Shown here: piece by piece, positions 17,967 through 26,446 of the stretch
Position numbering within the stretch: position 1 is the first letter of the stretch
Layout of the letters: every line of letters starts with the position of its first letter
Assembly: GCA_021469345.1 (NCBI GenBank)
Contig: GCA_021469345.1_3049.1
Direction: 5' to 3' (one strand)
Origin: a phage
Length of the DNA stretch: 64,000 nt
The notes under the pieces: model-generated
What the model was told of the DNA's origin: nothing
The model's input: the letters and a program-made list of their open reading frames with translations, nothing else
Databases searched by the model: none
Translations under genes and position numbers: made by a program

Positions 17967-17971
17967 TTATT

Positions 17972-18445
17972 ATGTTATTGACTGGCAAATTATATAAAGA
18001 AGAAAAACAGAAATTTTATGATGCACAAAATGGTAAATGCTTAATTTGCCAACGAGAACTAAATCCTGACGTTCAAGCTAATCACCTCGACCATGACCAT
18101 GAATTAAATGGACCAAAAGCAGGAAAGGTGCGTGGATTGCTTTGTAATCTCTGCAATGCCGCAGAAGGTCAAATGAAGCATAAATTTAATCGTTCTGGCT
18201 TAAAGGGACAAGGTGTTGATTATCTTGAATGGTTAGAAAATTTACTTACTTATTTAAAATCCGATTACACCCAAAATAATATTCACCCTAACTTCGTTGG
18301 AGATAAATCAAAGGAATTTTCTCGTTTAGGAAAAGAGGAAATGATGGCTGAGATGCTTCAAAGAGGATTTGAATATAATGAATCTGACACCAAAACACAA
18401 TTAATAGCTTCATTTAAGAAGCAGCTTAGAAAGAGTTTAAAATGA
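17972..18445 (+). CDS. 49: endonuclease VII (Holliday junction resolvase)
   Basis: 157 aa; Cys cluster CLICQ...C...CNLCN; matches remembered T4 gp49. Confidence 0.95.
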   Translation: MLLTGKLYKEEKQKFYDAQNGKCLICQRELNPDVQANHLDHDHELNGPKAGKVRGLLCNLCNAAEGQMKHKFNRSGLKGQGVDYLEWLENLLTYLKSDYTQNNIHPNFVGDKSKEFSRLGKEEMMAEMLQRGFEYNESDTKTQLIASFKKQLRKSLK

Positions 18446-20259
18446 CAATTGAAAAAGAAATTGAAGGATTGATTCATAAAACTAATAAAGACCTTTTAAA
18501 CGAGAATGCTAATAAAGATTCTCGTGTTTTTCCAACTCAACGGGACCTTATGGCTGGTATTGTGTCTAAACACATTGCCAAAAATATGGTCCCGTCTTTT
18601 ATTATGAAAGCACATGAAAGCGGAATTATCCATTTCCACGATATTGATTATTCCCCTGCTCTTCCATTTACTAATTGTTGTTTAGTAGATTTAAAAGGAA
18701 TGCTTGAGAACGGGTTTAAGCTCGGTAATGCACAGATTGAAACTCCTAAATCAATTGGCGTTGCTACTGCAATTATGACACAAATTACTGCACAGGTTGC
18801 TTCCCATCAATACGGCGGAACGACTTTTGCTAATGTAGATAAAGTACTTTCTCCTTATGTTAAACGCACCTATGCAAAACATATTGAGGATGCAGAAAAA
18901 TGGCAAATCGCTGATGCGTTGAATTATGCTCAATCTAAAACAGAAAAAGACGTATACGATGCATTCCAAGCTTATGAATATGAAGTAAATACTCTCTTTA
19001 GTTCAAACGGACAAACGCCTTTTGTAACAATTACATTTGGTACGGGAACTGACTGGACTGAACGAATGATTCAGAAAGCAATTCTGAAAAATCGTATTAA
19101 AGGCCTTGGTCGCGATGGGATAACTCCTATTTTCCCTAAGCTTGTTATGTTCGTTGAAGAAGGTGTTAATCTTTATAAAGACGATCCAAACTATGATATT
19201 AAGCAGCTTGCTCTAGAGTGTGCAAGCAAAAGGATGTATCCTGATATTATTTCAGCTAAGAACAATAAAGCTATCACTGGTTCATCTATTCCTGTTTCTC
19301 CGATGGGATGCCGTAGTTTCTTGAGCGTATGGAAAGATTCGACTGGTAATGAAATTCTTGATGGACGTAATAATCTTGGTGTTGTAACATTGAATCTTCC
19401 TCGCATCGCGTTAGATTCTTATATTGGAACACAGTTCAATGAACAGAAATTTATCGAATTGTTTAATGAACGAATGGATTTATGTTTTGAAGCTTTGATG
19501 TGTAGAATTAGTTCCTTAAAAGGAGTTAAAGCGACTGTTGCTCCTATTCTTTACCAAGAAGGTGCATTCGGGGTTCGTCTTAAACCTGATGACGACATAA
19601 TTGAGTTATTTAAAAACGGTAGAAGTTCAGTGTCCCTAGGATACATTGGTATTCACGAATTGAATATTCTTGTCGGTCGTGATATTGGACGAGAAATTTT
19701 AACTAAAATGAATGCTCATCTTAAACAGTGGACTGAAAGAACTGGGTTTGCTTTTAGTTTGTATTCTACTCCTGCTGAAAACCTGTGCTATCGCTTCTGT
19801 AAACTTGATACCGAAAAATATGGAAGTGTAAAAGATGTTACCGATAAAGGCTGGTACACTAACAGTTTCCATGTTTCAGTAGAAGAAAATATCACTCCAT
19901 TTGAAAAGATTTCTCGCGAAGCACCGTATCATTTCATTGCAACAGGCGGTCACATTTCTTATGTTGAACTTCCTGATATGAAAAATAACCTAAAAGGTCT
20001 TGAGGCTGTATGGGATTATGCTGCACAACATTTAGATTATTTTGGTGTTAACATGCCGGTAGATAAGTGTTTTACGTGCGGAAGTACTCATGAAATGACT
20101 CCTACTGAAAATGGATTTGTTTGTTCTATCTGTGGAGAAACTGATCCTAAAAAGATGAACACAATAAGAAGAACATGTGGTTATTTGGGAAATCCGAACG
20201 AACGCGGATTTAATCTCGGCAAAAATAAAGAAATCATGCATAGGGTTAAACACCAATGA
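18442..20259 (+). CDS. nrdD: anaerobic ribonucleoside-triphosphate reductase, uninterrupted
   Basis: 605-aa continuous ORF; C-terminal Cys-rich tail and glycyl-radical region; no intron insertion. Confidence 0.95.
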   Translation: MTIEKEIEGLIHKTNKDLLNENANKDSRVFPTQRDLMAGIVSKHIAKNMVPSFIMKAHESGIIHFHDIDYSPALPFTNCCLVDLKGMLENGFKLGNAQIETPKSIGVATAIMTQITAQVASHQYGGTTFANVDKVLSPYVKRTYAKHIEDAEKWQIADALNYAQSKTEKDVYDAFQAYEYEVNTLFSSNGQTPFVTITFGTGTDWTERMIQKAILKNRIKGLGRDGITPIFPKLVMFVEEGVNLYKDDPNYDIKQLALECASKRMYPDIISAKNNKAITGSSIPVSPMGCRSFLSVWKDSTGNEILDGRNNLGVVTLNLPRIALDSYIGTQFNEQKFIELFNERMDLCFEALMCRISSLKGVKATVAPILYQEGAFGVRLKPDDDIIELFKNGRSSVSLGYIGIHELNILVGRDIGREILTKMNAHLKQWTERTGFAFSLYSTPAENLCYRFCKLDTEKYGSVKDVTDKGWYTNSFHVSVEENITPFEKISREAPYHFIATGGHISYVELPDMKNNLKGLEAVWDYAAQHLDYFGVNMPVDKCFTCGSTHEMTPTENGFVCSICGETDPKKMNTIRRTCGYLGNPNERGFNLGKNKEIMHRVKHQ

Positions 20260-20726
20260 ATTATGATAGATTTTATCCTTGCGATTTTGTGAATGGCCCT
20301 GGATGCAGGGTCGTTCTTTTCGTTACAGGTTGTTTGCATAAATGCGAAGGGTGTTATAATAAATCAACATGGAATGCTAGAAATGGCGTTCCATTCACTG
20401 GTGAAACACTGGAACAATTAATTGAATGTTTGAATAATGATTATATAGAAGGATTAACTATAACTGGAGGAGACCCTCTCTATCCTGATAACCGAGATGT
20501 TGTTCATTGCATTGTTCAAACAGTAAAAAATCTTTATCCCAATAAAAGCATTTGGTTGTGGACAGGATATAAATTTGAAGATATTAAACAACTAGAAATG
20601 CTTAAATATGTTGATGTTATTATTGATGGGAAGTATGAGAAAAATCTTCCGACTAAAAAGCTGTGGCGAGGATCAGATAATCAGCGACTTTGGTCAAATA
20701 CCGATGGGGTGTGGACACATGATTAA
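20256..20726 (+). CDS. nrdG: anaerobic RNR activating protein (radical SAM)
   Basis: 156 aa; CxxxCxxC-like cluster CLHKCEGCYN; ATGA overlap with nrdD. Confidence 0.9.
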   Translation: MNYDRFYPCDFVNGPGCRVVLFVTGCLHKCEGCYNKSTWNARNGVPFTGETLEQLIECLNNDYIEGLTITGGDPLYPDNRDVVHCIVQTVKNLYPNKSIWLWTGYKFEDIKQLEMLKYVDVIIDGKYEKNLPTKKLWRGSDNQRLWSNTDGVWTHD

Positions 20727-20841
20727 ATTGAATTACATTATGGATACTATAAATGATATGATTTTTCATTTTGGTCCAGAATTTTATTCCCAATATAGTT
20801 TAGTGCTTATCAATGCTTGGTTAATCAATTAAGGGTAAAAT

Positions 20842-21057
20842 ATGTATAAATTTCGTAAAGGTTTAGCTGATTTTCTTACAACTGTAACATTCTTTCTGTT
20901 TATGGCAGTTGGAGCTATTTTCCTTATTCCTTTTATTGCTATATTTTTCGTGATTAGCTTAATTTCTCCAGAAAAAGGCTTATCTTCTAGTGAGTTTAAT
21001 GAGCGTCTGGATAAAATTACTAACAAGCTGAATGCTGTTCTTGATAAAAAGGCTTAA
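20842..21057 (+). CDS. small membrane protein
   Basis: 71 aa; TM helix FFLFMAVGAIFLIPFIAIFFVISLI. Confidence 0.5.
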   Translation: MYKFRKGLADFLTTVTFFLFMAVGAIFLIPFIAIFFVISLISPEKGLSSSEFNERLDKITNKLNAVLDKKA

Positions 21058-21059
21058 TT

Positions 21060-21371
21060 ATGATTAGTTTTGAGCGGTATGTAGTAGAGAGTTGGAATGG
21101 TTTTGATATGTTCGGTAATGACTATTATTTCTATGAATGTAGTCTGAACCCAAGCTTCTGGGCTGGACGTGAACAAGACCTCGAAGAAATCAACGCTCGT
21201 GCCGATTTGTTAGGTGAACTGCCTACTACTTATTTCACCTTTGATGAATCCGGCTTCGTTATCCAGGTTTATTTTCCTGAAGAAAACTCTGGTGAGGATT
21301 CTGTTAACCCGCCATACTGGGCTTATCAAGGAATTATTTCTCGTGGAACAAAACTCGAACTTAAAGAATAA
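21060..21371 (+). CDS. hypothetical acidic protein
   Basis: 103-aa ORF. Confidence 0.5.
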   Translation: MISFERYVVESWNGFDMFGNDYYFYECSLNPSFWAGREQDLEEINARADLLGELPTTYFTFDESGFVIQVYFPEENSGEDSVNPPYWAYQGIISRGTKLELKE

Positions 21372-21372
21372 G

Positions 21373-21666
21373 ATTGAAATCTATGGCATCCCCGAAGAAG
21401 TAGGTCGTTGTCCTGGATGTCAATCAGTTACAAAACTTCTAAAGGAGCTCAATGCTCCTTTTACTTTCTATAAAGTTCTTACAAATAACGGTAAGATTGA
21501 GTATGATCGTCCACTGATTGTATCTCTTGCTAAACGCGCTGGATTCACATCTCTTAACATTCGTTATCCAGTCATTTTCATTAATGATTCCAGACAAAAG
21601 AACATTAAACACTTCAAAGAAACCCTCATTTCACTTGGATATGATAGAGATATCATAGAAGACTAA
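21373..21666 (+). CDS. glutaredoxin/NrdH-like redoxin with non-canonical or missing start codon
   Basis: KIEIYGIPEEVGRCPGCQ... with CPGC motif; no ATG/GTG/TTG between upstream stop and this N-terminus; tentative start at ATT 21373. Confidence 0.45.
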   Translation: MEIYGIPEEVGRCPGCQSVTKLLKELNAPFTFYKVLTNNGKIEYDRPLIVSLAKRAGFTSLNIRYPVIFINDSRQKNIKHFKETLISLGYDRDIIED

Positions 21667-21668
21667 GA

Positions 21669-21692
21669 TGGGCCCTCTGGGCCTTTCTTTCT
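21669..21692 (+). terminator. intrinsic terminator
   Basis: GGCCC-TCT-GGGCC hairpin then T-rich run. Confidence 0.5.
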
Positions 21693-21764
21693 TACATTCT
21701 GTATATTACCATTCTAAGCTATCGTTCCCTTCTTATCATTCCCTAAAATATTTTTCACAAAGTT

Positions 21765-21794
21765 GTTTACAACAAGTTCAAACCGTGGTATTAT
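21765..21794 (+). promoter_or_regulatory. early promoter (GTTTAC-N18-TGGTATTAT)
   Basis: GTTTAC 21765-21770; TATTAT 21789-21794. Confidence 0.5.
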
Positions 21795-21824
21795 TAACAT
21801 ATGAATTGCCTTTGAGGAATTGAT

Positions 21825-22001
21825 ATGGTTGATAAAGAGATTAAAAGGGATCAGTATTATCGTGTTAACGGACATATCGTTATTGTTACAGCAGTCGATG
21901 ATTTAGATGTTCATTATACTGTGATTAAATGGAACAAACGCATGATTTGTGATCGTGCTGTATTTAGTTCAGTTGCTAAGGAAATTAAACTCCATGGGTA
22001 A
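21825..22001 (+). CDS. hypothetical small protein (58 aa)
   Basis: ATG 21825 with RBS GAGGAA. Confidence 0.4.
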   Translation: MVDKEIKRDQYYRVNGHIVIVTAVDDLDVHYTVIKWNKRMICDRAVFSSVAKEIKLHG

Positions 22002-22287
22002 AACGTATCGTCGTAAAGACTTGAAAGTTCGTGATTATGACTATTTCGGAAAGCGTAAAGCTCCTGATGGGGTAAGTCATAAAGATATGGTTGAAAACAT
22101 TTTTCGCTCAGATAAATGGCGTAGAATGAAAGGTATTGATTCAGAAGTTAAAGATGAGCTAAATCGTCAATTACGCGGTGAAGTAAGAAAGTTGAAAAAA
22201 TCAGTTTACATTGACGATGATTTTGATTATAATACTTCTCAACGAGTTGCTAAACGTAAATCAAACGAGTGTTATCGTTATAGCTGA
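21994..22287 (+). CDS. hypothetical basic protein
   Basis: 97 aa from ATG 21994 overlapping upstream stop. Confidence 0.5.
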   Translation: MGKTYRRKDLKVRDYDYFGKRKAPDGVSHKDMVENIFRSDKWRRMKGIDSEVKDELNRQLRGEVRKLKKSVYIDDDFDYNTSQRVAKRKSNECYRYS

Positions 22288-22294
22288 GGAAAAT

Positions 22295-22426
22295 ATGAAT
22301 ATCAAACGAATGCTTTTTAAGCAGGGGTTATATACTTTAAATGTTACTCCAAAAGGCGATACAACTAAGTGGTCAGTAAATGACTGGATTAAATTTATTG
22401 ATGAAAATGGTAATTGGGAAATTTAA
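22295..22426 (+). CDS. hypothetical small protein (43 aa)
   Basis: ATG 22295 with RBS GAGGAAAA. Confidence 0.35.
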   Translation: MNIKRMLFKQGLYTLNVTPKGDTTKWSVNDWIKFIDENGNWEI

Positions 22427-22627
22427 ATGAATCCTGAATCTAAATTATCGCAGCGAATTGCTGAAGAACGCGCCAAATTTTTCCAGAACATGAAACACAA
22501 TGGTATTGAGGATGAAGTTTTTCTAAATTGGTTCTGGAATAATAAGTATGCAGCATGTGAAGGAGCTTTGTCATTGTCAGTCGCAATGATGTACGAAGGC
22601 TGGAAGGGTGCCAAAAAGTTTAGCTAA
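22427..22627 (+). CDS. hypothetical small protein
   Basis: 66-aa ORF followed by terminator. Confidence 0.45.
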   Translation: MNPESKLSQRIAEERAKFFQNMKHNGIEDEVFLNWFWNNKYAACEGALSLSVAMMYEGWKGAKKFS

Positions 22628-22646
22628 GGGCTTCGGCCCTTTTTTT
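22628..22646 (+). terminator. intrinsic terminator GGGCUUCGGCCC + U tract
   Basis: GGGCTTCGGCCC then TTTTTTT. Confidence 0.7.
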
Positions 22647-22681
22647 GGATAATAAAATTTTAACGTAATTGAGGATAATGT

Positions 22682-23008
22682 ATGACTATTCAAATTAAAA
22701 ACGTCATTAATTCTTACGCATATGATAAAGTAGTTTCTTTGCTAGAAAAAGGCGATATTGTAACTCCTCAAATTTTGGATAAATGGGAAAAAGAGCTTCA
22801 TCAGATGATGAAACAGAATGATCAGAAGATTGGACGCAATACTGTCCGTGAATTGTTGGTTCAATATATCTTGTCAGAATTTGATGTTAAAGCTTTTGGT
22901 GTAGAATCTAAAGCTTATCAAAAGCATGAAATTTCCGATAAAACTATTCGTCGCATGAAAAATCAACGCAAGAAAAAATTTGCAGACCTGAAAATTACTA
23001 AGGTATAA
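22682..23008 (+). CDS. hypothetical protein
   Basis: 108-aa ORF. Confidence 0.55.
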   Translation: MTIQIKNVINSYAYDKVVSLLEKGDIVTPQILDKWEKELHQMMKQNDQKIGRNTVRELLVQYILSEFDVKAFGVESKAYQKHEISDKTIRRMKNQRKKKFADLKITKV

Positions 23009-23010
23009 TT

Positions 23011-23226
23011 ATGAACGAAGCTCTTATTAACGATTTGCGTCTTGCTGGATATGAAGTAAATACAAATGGCATTGGTTTAACTCAAATTGAAGGAAATGGA
23101 TTCATCCTTGAGTATGAATTTAGCCAATGGTGGTTATATGCCAATTATGGCGAATTGATTGAATATGTTGACCAATTTGATTCACTAGATGCAGCTCTTG
23201 AAGCGGCTAAGTTGATGAATGTATGA
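23011..23226 (+). CDS. hypothetical small acidic protein
   Basis: 71-aa ORF. Confidence 0.5.
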   Translation: MNEALINDLRLAGYEVNTNGIGLTQIEGNGFILEYEFSQWWLYANYGELIEYVDQFDSLDAALEAAKLMNV

Positions 23227-23492
23227 AATTAATTAATATTTCTATTGCTATTGAAAATTTTGGTATTTTCTATGTTGACCAATACATGAAAATTTCATTT
23301 TTCCCAAATAAAACTGGTGTTGGATATTGGGAAAGCCATGTTTCTGAATTAACTGGAAGTAAATATTCTAATACCCATAAAAAGTTTTTAGACTTTTTAT
23401 ATCGCGCTGATATTAATGATCATTACATAGATATTCATGAATTTAAAAAGATGATGGAGAAAGTATTCCAAGCATACTGTTTACTTAGATAA
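23223..23492 (+). CDS. hypothetical protein
   Basis: 89-aa ORF. Confidence 0.5.
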   Translation: MKLINISIAIENFGIFYVDQYMKISFFPNKTGVGYWESHVSELTGSKYSNTHKKFLDFLYRADINDHYIDIHEFKKMMEKVFQAYCLLR

Positions 23493-23570
23493 CTGATATC
23501 CTCTATGCTTTAAGATAGATCTTCAAATATTATGATATAATAGATCTATGAATTGAGCTAAGAGGTGAAA

Positions 23571-24128
23571 ATGTCAGAAACTAAGCCTAAATATAATTAC
23601 GTAAACAATAAAGAGCTTTTACAAGCTATTATTGATTGGAAAACAGAATTAGCAAATAATAAAGACCCAAATAAAGTAGTTCGTCAGAATGATACTATCG
23701 GATTAGCCATTATGCTTATTGCAGAAGGCTTATCTAAACGTTTCAACTTTTCAGGATACACCCAGTCTTGGAAACAAGAAATGATTGCAGATGGTATAGA
23801 AGCTTCTATTAAGGGGCTTCATAATTTTGATGAAACGAAATATAAAAACCCACATGCGTATATAACTCAAGCTTGTTTTAATGCATTCGTCCAACGTATT
23901 AAAAAAGAACGTAAGGAAGTTGCAAAGAAATATAGTTACTTCGTTCACAATGTCTATGACAGCCGTGACGACGATATGGTTGCGTTAGTAGATGAAACTT
24001 TTATTCAAGACATCTACGATAAAATGACGCATTACGAAGAATCAACCTATAGAACACCGGGGGCTGAAAAGAAAAGTGTTGTAGACGATTCTCCTAGTTT
24101 GGATTTTTTATATGAGGCTAACGATTAA
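23571..24128 (+). CDS. 55: late-transcription sigma factor gp55
   Basis: 185 aa from ATG 23571 (RBS AGAGGTGA); [20 protein letters not shown]... matches remembered T4 gp55. Confidence 0.95.
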
Positions 24129-24330
24129 CCTCTCCGGATTCTTGGAAGAAATACCTGAAGTTGAAGCTATTCCCTATTTACTTAAAATGTATCTCAGGGA
24201 AGTTTTAGCTCTTGACATTGATATTGATCCAGAAAATCCGTATGATACCGCTTTTAAATCTAATGGTGTAGAATTAAACTATCGGTATCATTTAACAGAT
24301 GATGATTTTTATTTTATATTAGAGAAATAA
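24112..24330 (+). CDS. hypothetical small acidic protein
   Basis: 72-aa ORF overlapping the end of gene 55. Confidence 0.45.
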
Positions 24331-24331
24331 T

Positions 24332-24649
24332 ATGACTGATAAACCCGAAATTAATGATGAAGTGGAAAAGCTTATTTCTTCTATTGAAGAAAAGAACCGT
24401 CTTGAAGCAGAAAGAAAAGCAAATAAGTTATTGTCTAAAAACAAACGCGAACTGAACCGTCTTTATAAACACGCTCAGATTGCAGCTGAAAACAATAATT
24501 TTGCTCAATACGAATATGCTATCAAGAAAAGTCGGGATATTCTAAAACAGCCATATAATGATGAACTCATTAGTATTCTTTGGAAGACTACTAGATCACA
24601 GATTGAGGATATGATTGATGCTTACACACGTAAAATTCAAGCGTCTTAA
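24332..24649 (+). CDS. hypothetical protein
   Basis: 105-aa ORF. Confidence 0.5.
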   Translation: MTDKPEINDEVEKLISSIEEKNRLEAERKANKLLSKNKRELNRLYKHAQIAAENNNFAQYEYAIKKSRDILKQPYNDELISILWKTTRSQIEDMIDAYTRKIQAS

Positions 24650-24821
24650 AATTAATGCAGGATTTACTGAATCTTTGAATGGTCATCTTTGTGTGAAAAT
24701 TTCTGAAAAAGAATACCATGATAGTTCAATTAAAGAAGTTAATCCTCCTATTGTAAGAGCAGACCCTAATATGAAAGTGTGGGTTGATTCTTATCAAGTC
24801 AAAAAATGGTGGCAACTGTGA
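24618..24821 (+). CDS. hypothetical small protein
   Basis: 67 aa from ATG 24618; overlaps upstream ORF. Confidence 0.35.
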   Translation: MLTHVKFKRLKINAGFTESLNGHLCVKISEKEYHDSSIKEVNPPIVRADPNMKVWVDSYQVKKWWQL

Positions 24822-24997
24822 AAGATGAACACCAGACTTCTGAAATAGATTATAATAAAATTCGTTCCTCTAGAGAGGAAATGATGAGACGCTTTAAAGA
24901 GTCTCATGATAAAGCTAAAGCAGAAGGAACTATAACATATAAGCGCATAAAATTTAGAAGCTCTAATGAGCCTCTGTATGGTGTATTATGTGGATAG
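24806..24997 (+). CDS. hypothetical small protein
   Basis: 63-aa ORF. Confidence 0.4.
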   Translation: MVATVKDEHQTSEIDYNKIRSSREEMMRRFKESHDKAKAEGTITYKRIKFRSSNEPLYGVLCG

Positions 24998-25014
24998 GAG
25001 CTTCGGCTCCTATA
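24995..25014 (+). terminator. stem-loop (UUCG tetraloop), probable terminator
   Basis: ATAGGAGC-TTCG-GCTCCTAT. Confidence 0.45.
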
Positions 25015-25063
25015 TTGCTTTATAAATTTTTGGTAAAATAAACCAAAACAATGAGGATATTAA

Positions 25064-26266
25064 ATGAAAGTATGTATTTTTATGGCTCGAGGTCTTGAAG
25101 GTTGCGGTGTAACTAAATTTTCTCTTGAGCAGCGTGATTGGTTTATTAAAAATGGTCATGAAGTAACTTTGGTTTATGCTAAAGATAAATCATTTACCCG
25201 TAATTGCGCGCATGATTATAAATCATTTTCAATTCCGGTTTTATTGGCAAAAGAATACGATAAAACACTTAAGCTGGTAAATGATTGTGATATTCTAGTT
25301 ATCAATTCAGTTCCTGCTACTTCAGTTGAAGAAGACACTATTAATAACTATAAAAAAATTATTGATAACATTAAGCCTTCGGTTCGTGTTGTAGTTTATC
25401 AGCATGACCATTCTTCTCTTTCTTTGCGTCGAAATTTGGGATTAGAAGAAACTGTTCGTCGAGCTGATGTTATTTTTAGCCATTCTGATAATGGTGATTT
25501 TAATAAAGTTTTAATGAAAGAATGGTATCCGGAAACTGTTTCTTTGTTTGATGATATTGAAGAAGCACCGACCGTATATAACTTTCAGCCTCCTATGGAT
25601 ATTGCGAAGGTTCGATCAACCTACTGGAAAGATGTTTCTGAAATTAACATGAATATCAACCGTTGGATTGGTCGTACTACTACATGGAAAGGTTTTTATC
25701 AGATGTTTGATTTTCACGAAAAACATCTTAAACCCGCAGGACTAAGTACTATTATGGAAGGTCTGGAACGTTCTCCAGCGTTCATTCCTATTAAAGAAAA
25801 AGGAATTCCATACGAGTATTATCGTCTTCATCAAGTAGACCAAATTAAAATTGCTCCTAATTTGCCAACGCAAATTCTTGACCGTTATGTAAATAGCGAA
25901 ATGCTTGAACGCATGAGTAAATCCGGATTTGGTTATCAGTTGAGTAAGTTGGATAAAAAATATCTACAGCGCTCTTTAGAATATACTCATCTCGAGCTTG
26001 GTGCATGTGGAACAATTCCGGTATTTTGGAAATCTACTGGCGAAAATTTAAAATTCCGTGTTGATAATACTCCGTTAATTTCACATGATAGCGGTATCGT
26101 TTGGTTTGATGAAAATGACATGGAATCAACATTTGAACGTATTAAAGAACTGTCATCTGACCGAGCTCTTTATGACCGTGAACGTGAAAAAGCATATGAA
26201 TTTTTGTATCAGCATCAAGATTCAAGCTTCTGCTTTAAAGAACAGTTTGACATTATTACAAAATAA
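25064..26266 (+). CDS. a-gt: DNA alpha-glucosyltransferase
   Basis: 400 aa; MKVCIFMARGLEGCGVTKF...; matches remembered T4 alpha-gt along its length. Confidence 0.95.
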   Translation: MKVCIFMARGLEGCGVTKFSLEQRDWFIKNGHEVTLVYAKDKSFTRNCAHDYKSFSIPVLLAKEYDKTLKLVNDCDILVINSVPATSVEEDTINNYKKIIDNIKPSVRVVVYQHDHSSLSLRRNLGLEETVRRADVIFSHSDNGDFNKVLMKEWYPETVSLFDDIEEAPTVYNFQPPMDIAKVRSTYWKDVSEINMNINRWIGRTTTWKGFYQMFDFHEKHLKPAGLSTIMEGLERSPAFIPIKEKGIPYEYYRLHQVDQIKIAPNLPTQILDRYVNSEMLERMSKSGFGYQLSKLDKKYLQRSLEYTHLELGACGTIPVFWKSTGENLKFRVDNTPLISHDSGIVWFDENDMESTFERIKELSSDRALYDREREKAYEFLYQHQDSSFCFKEQFDIITK

Positions 26267-26267
26267 A

Positions 26268-26284
26268 GGGCTTCGGCCCTTTAG
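26268..26284 (+). terminator. intrinsic terminator GGGCUUCGGCCC
   Basis: GGGCTTCGGCCC then TTTAGCTTT. Confidence 0.6.
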
Positions 26285-26307
26285 CTTTATACGGAGTTTG
26301 ATATAAT
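26283..26307 (+). promoter_or_regulatory. putative middle promoter (MotA-box-like aGCTTTA + TATAAT)
   Basis: AGCTTTA 26283-26289, 12-nt spacer, TATAAT 26302-26307. Confidence 0.4.
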
Positions 26308-26446
26308 GATATTTCTTGGATATGTGATACTTTTTCTAGCGTTTTATTTGTTCACCAGAGCATGTTGGATTGGGTTCTTTAGCACTCCAGATGGATTTAT
26401 TTCAATAATTTTATTTTGCATTTCAATGACGGTTCTTGATATATGA
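26306..26446 (+). CDS. small hydrophobic protein (47.1 position)
   Basis: 46 aa, two hydrophobic segments; stop overlaps gene 47 start. Confidence 0.35.
   Translation: MIFLGYVILFLAFYLFTRACWIGFFSTPDGFISIILFCISMTVLDI

Noticed and set aside
18442-20259. Group I intron or intron-encoded endonuclease in nrdD
   Set aside because: Looked for one because T4 has it, but the reading frame is continuous for 605 codons with no inserted ORF or intron-like gap.
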